A stretch of DNA of 63,920 bases, filler included, from Octopus bimaculoides (taxonomy: Eukaryota): assembly GCF_001194135.2 (NCBI RefSeq). It is 4 parts of 4 records of this genome, joined end to end, with 100 filler letters (N's around TTAATTAATTAA, not from the genome) between each part and the next. Parts side by side here need not be neighbours in the genome. Positions count along the whole stretch, not along the records: positions 62,874 to 63,920 come from NC_068996.1; 3 more parts are not named here. The stretch is one strand, 5' to 3'. The position numbers and the translations under genes were made by a program. The notes below the pieces were generated by a model that was given only the letters and a program-made list of their open reading frames with translations, was not told the DNA's origin and made no database searches. Shown here piece after piece: positions 63,240 to 63,920 of this stretch (position 1 is its first letter; every line of letters begins with the position of its first letter).

Positions 63240-63920
63240 TTTCTAGCATTCTATTCTAGTTTTGATGTGAGCTGTTGTAGGTTTTGATCATCTTCAGAGA
63301 GTAGGGTGATATCATCAGCAAAGTCCAGAGCTTTCAATCACATCTATTTGTCTCCATGGTGTTCCGCCATTGGCCACGTTTTCTACTCACTTTAAGACTA
63401 AGTCTACAGCCAGAAAAAAAAANNNNNNNNNNAAAAAAAAACAGCAGTAGTGACAGATTGCTGCCTTGTCTTACTCCAGTAAGAGGCCGAAGAATTTTGT
63501 TTTCTCTGCTGCCATTCGAACGCAGCATCGTGGATTGGAGTAAAATTTTAAAAAACATATCGATAAACCGTTCAGGCATGTCATTACAAATGATAGTTGT
63601 TTGACTACAACAATCATAAAGTTCAATAAGCAAAATATAGAGACAATAGACACATATTTAGGTAGCATCAACAGTAACAAGGGTAATATTGCGACTAATG
63701 TCAACCATGGAGTTGGCAAAACCCCGGCCGTATTCCAGAGAGTGTGAGCTGTCCGGTCTTCCAACACCATCAGCTTACATAGATCTGGTTTTATTACCCT
63801 ATAGTTCTGCCAACGGTTCTTTATACTAGTGAGGCATGGAAGAGCACCGTAAAAGTCGGCAACAGAATATTCGGATCTTTTTTAAAACGGGGGCCACGTT
63901 TTTCATTAACGAAACACTTT
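63240..63920 (-). mobile_element. RTE-like LINE reverse transcriptase fragment, decayed
   Basis: TGVRQGSNLSLLLF and LKALDFADDITLLS on the minus strand, with stops and gaps. Confidence 0.85.

Noticed and set aside
6888-63246. Numerous long ORFs rich in HT, YI, CV, LS or X
   Set aside because: They are translations of microsatellites and N gaps.

Overview
Eukaryotic, repeat-rich, gappy genomic DNA, most likely from a coleoid cephalopod such as Octopus (inferred from the SINE families, microsatellite load and intron style). Three 100-nt gaps carry an artificial TTAATTAATTAA linker (24512, 47539, 62818), so the window is four joined scaffold pieces. Two real genes are recognisable and divergently oriented. 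(1) SREBP on the minus strand: four exons at 33004-27518, with a very Gln-rich N-terminal region and the diagnostic bHLH-Zip containing EKRYR. Its first exon and its whole membrane/regulatory half were not found. (2) GRASP55/65 (GORASP) on the plus strand: nine exons at 51509-62584, with its first two exons not found. The left 24 kb is transposon-derived and retains CpG: LINE, Tc1, ORF1/zinc-knuckle elements, SINEs and palindromic elements. The most striking observation is a set of at least four sequence-unrelated families of minimal type I hammerhead-ribozyme-like motifs, most of them inside long inverted repeats at 15.4-18.7 kb. One family (3.56, 15.6, 15.8, 21.9 and 22.2 kb) shows clear covariation in stem I and keeps a self-complementary stem III. 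There is also a candidate unannotated small secreted-protein gene at 4.27-5.30 kb. Repeat boundaries are approximate; exon and ribozyme coordinates were counted base by base. No database searches or folding programs were run.
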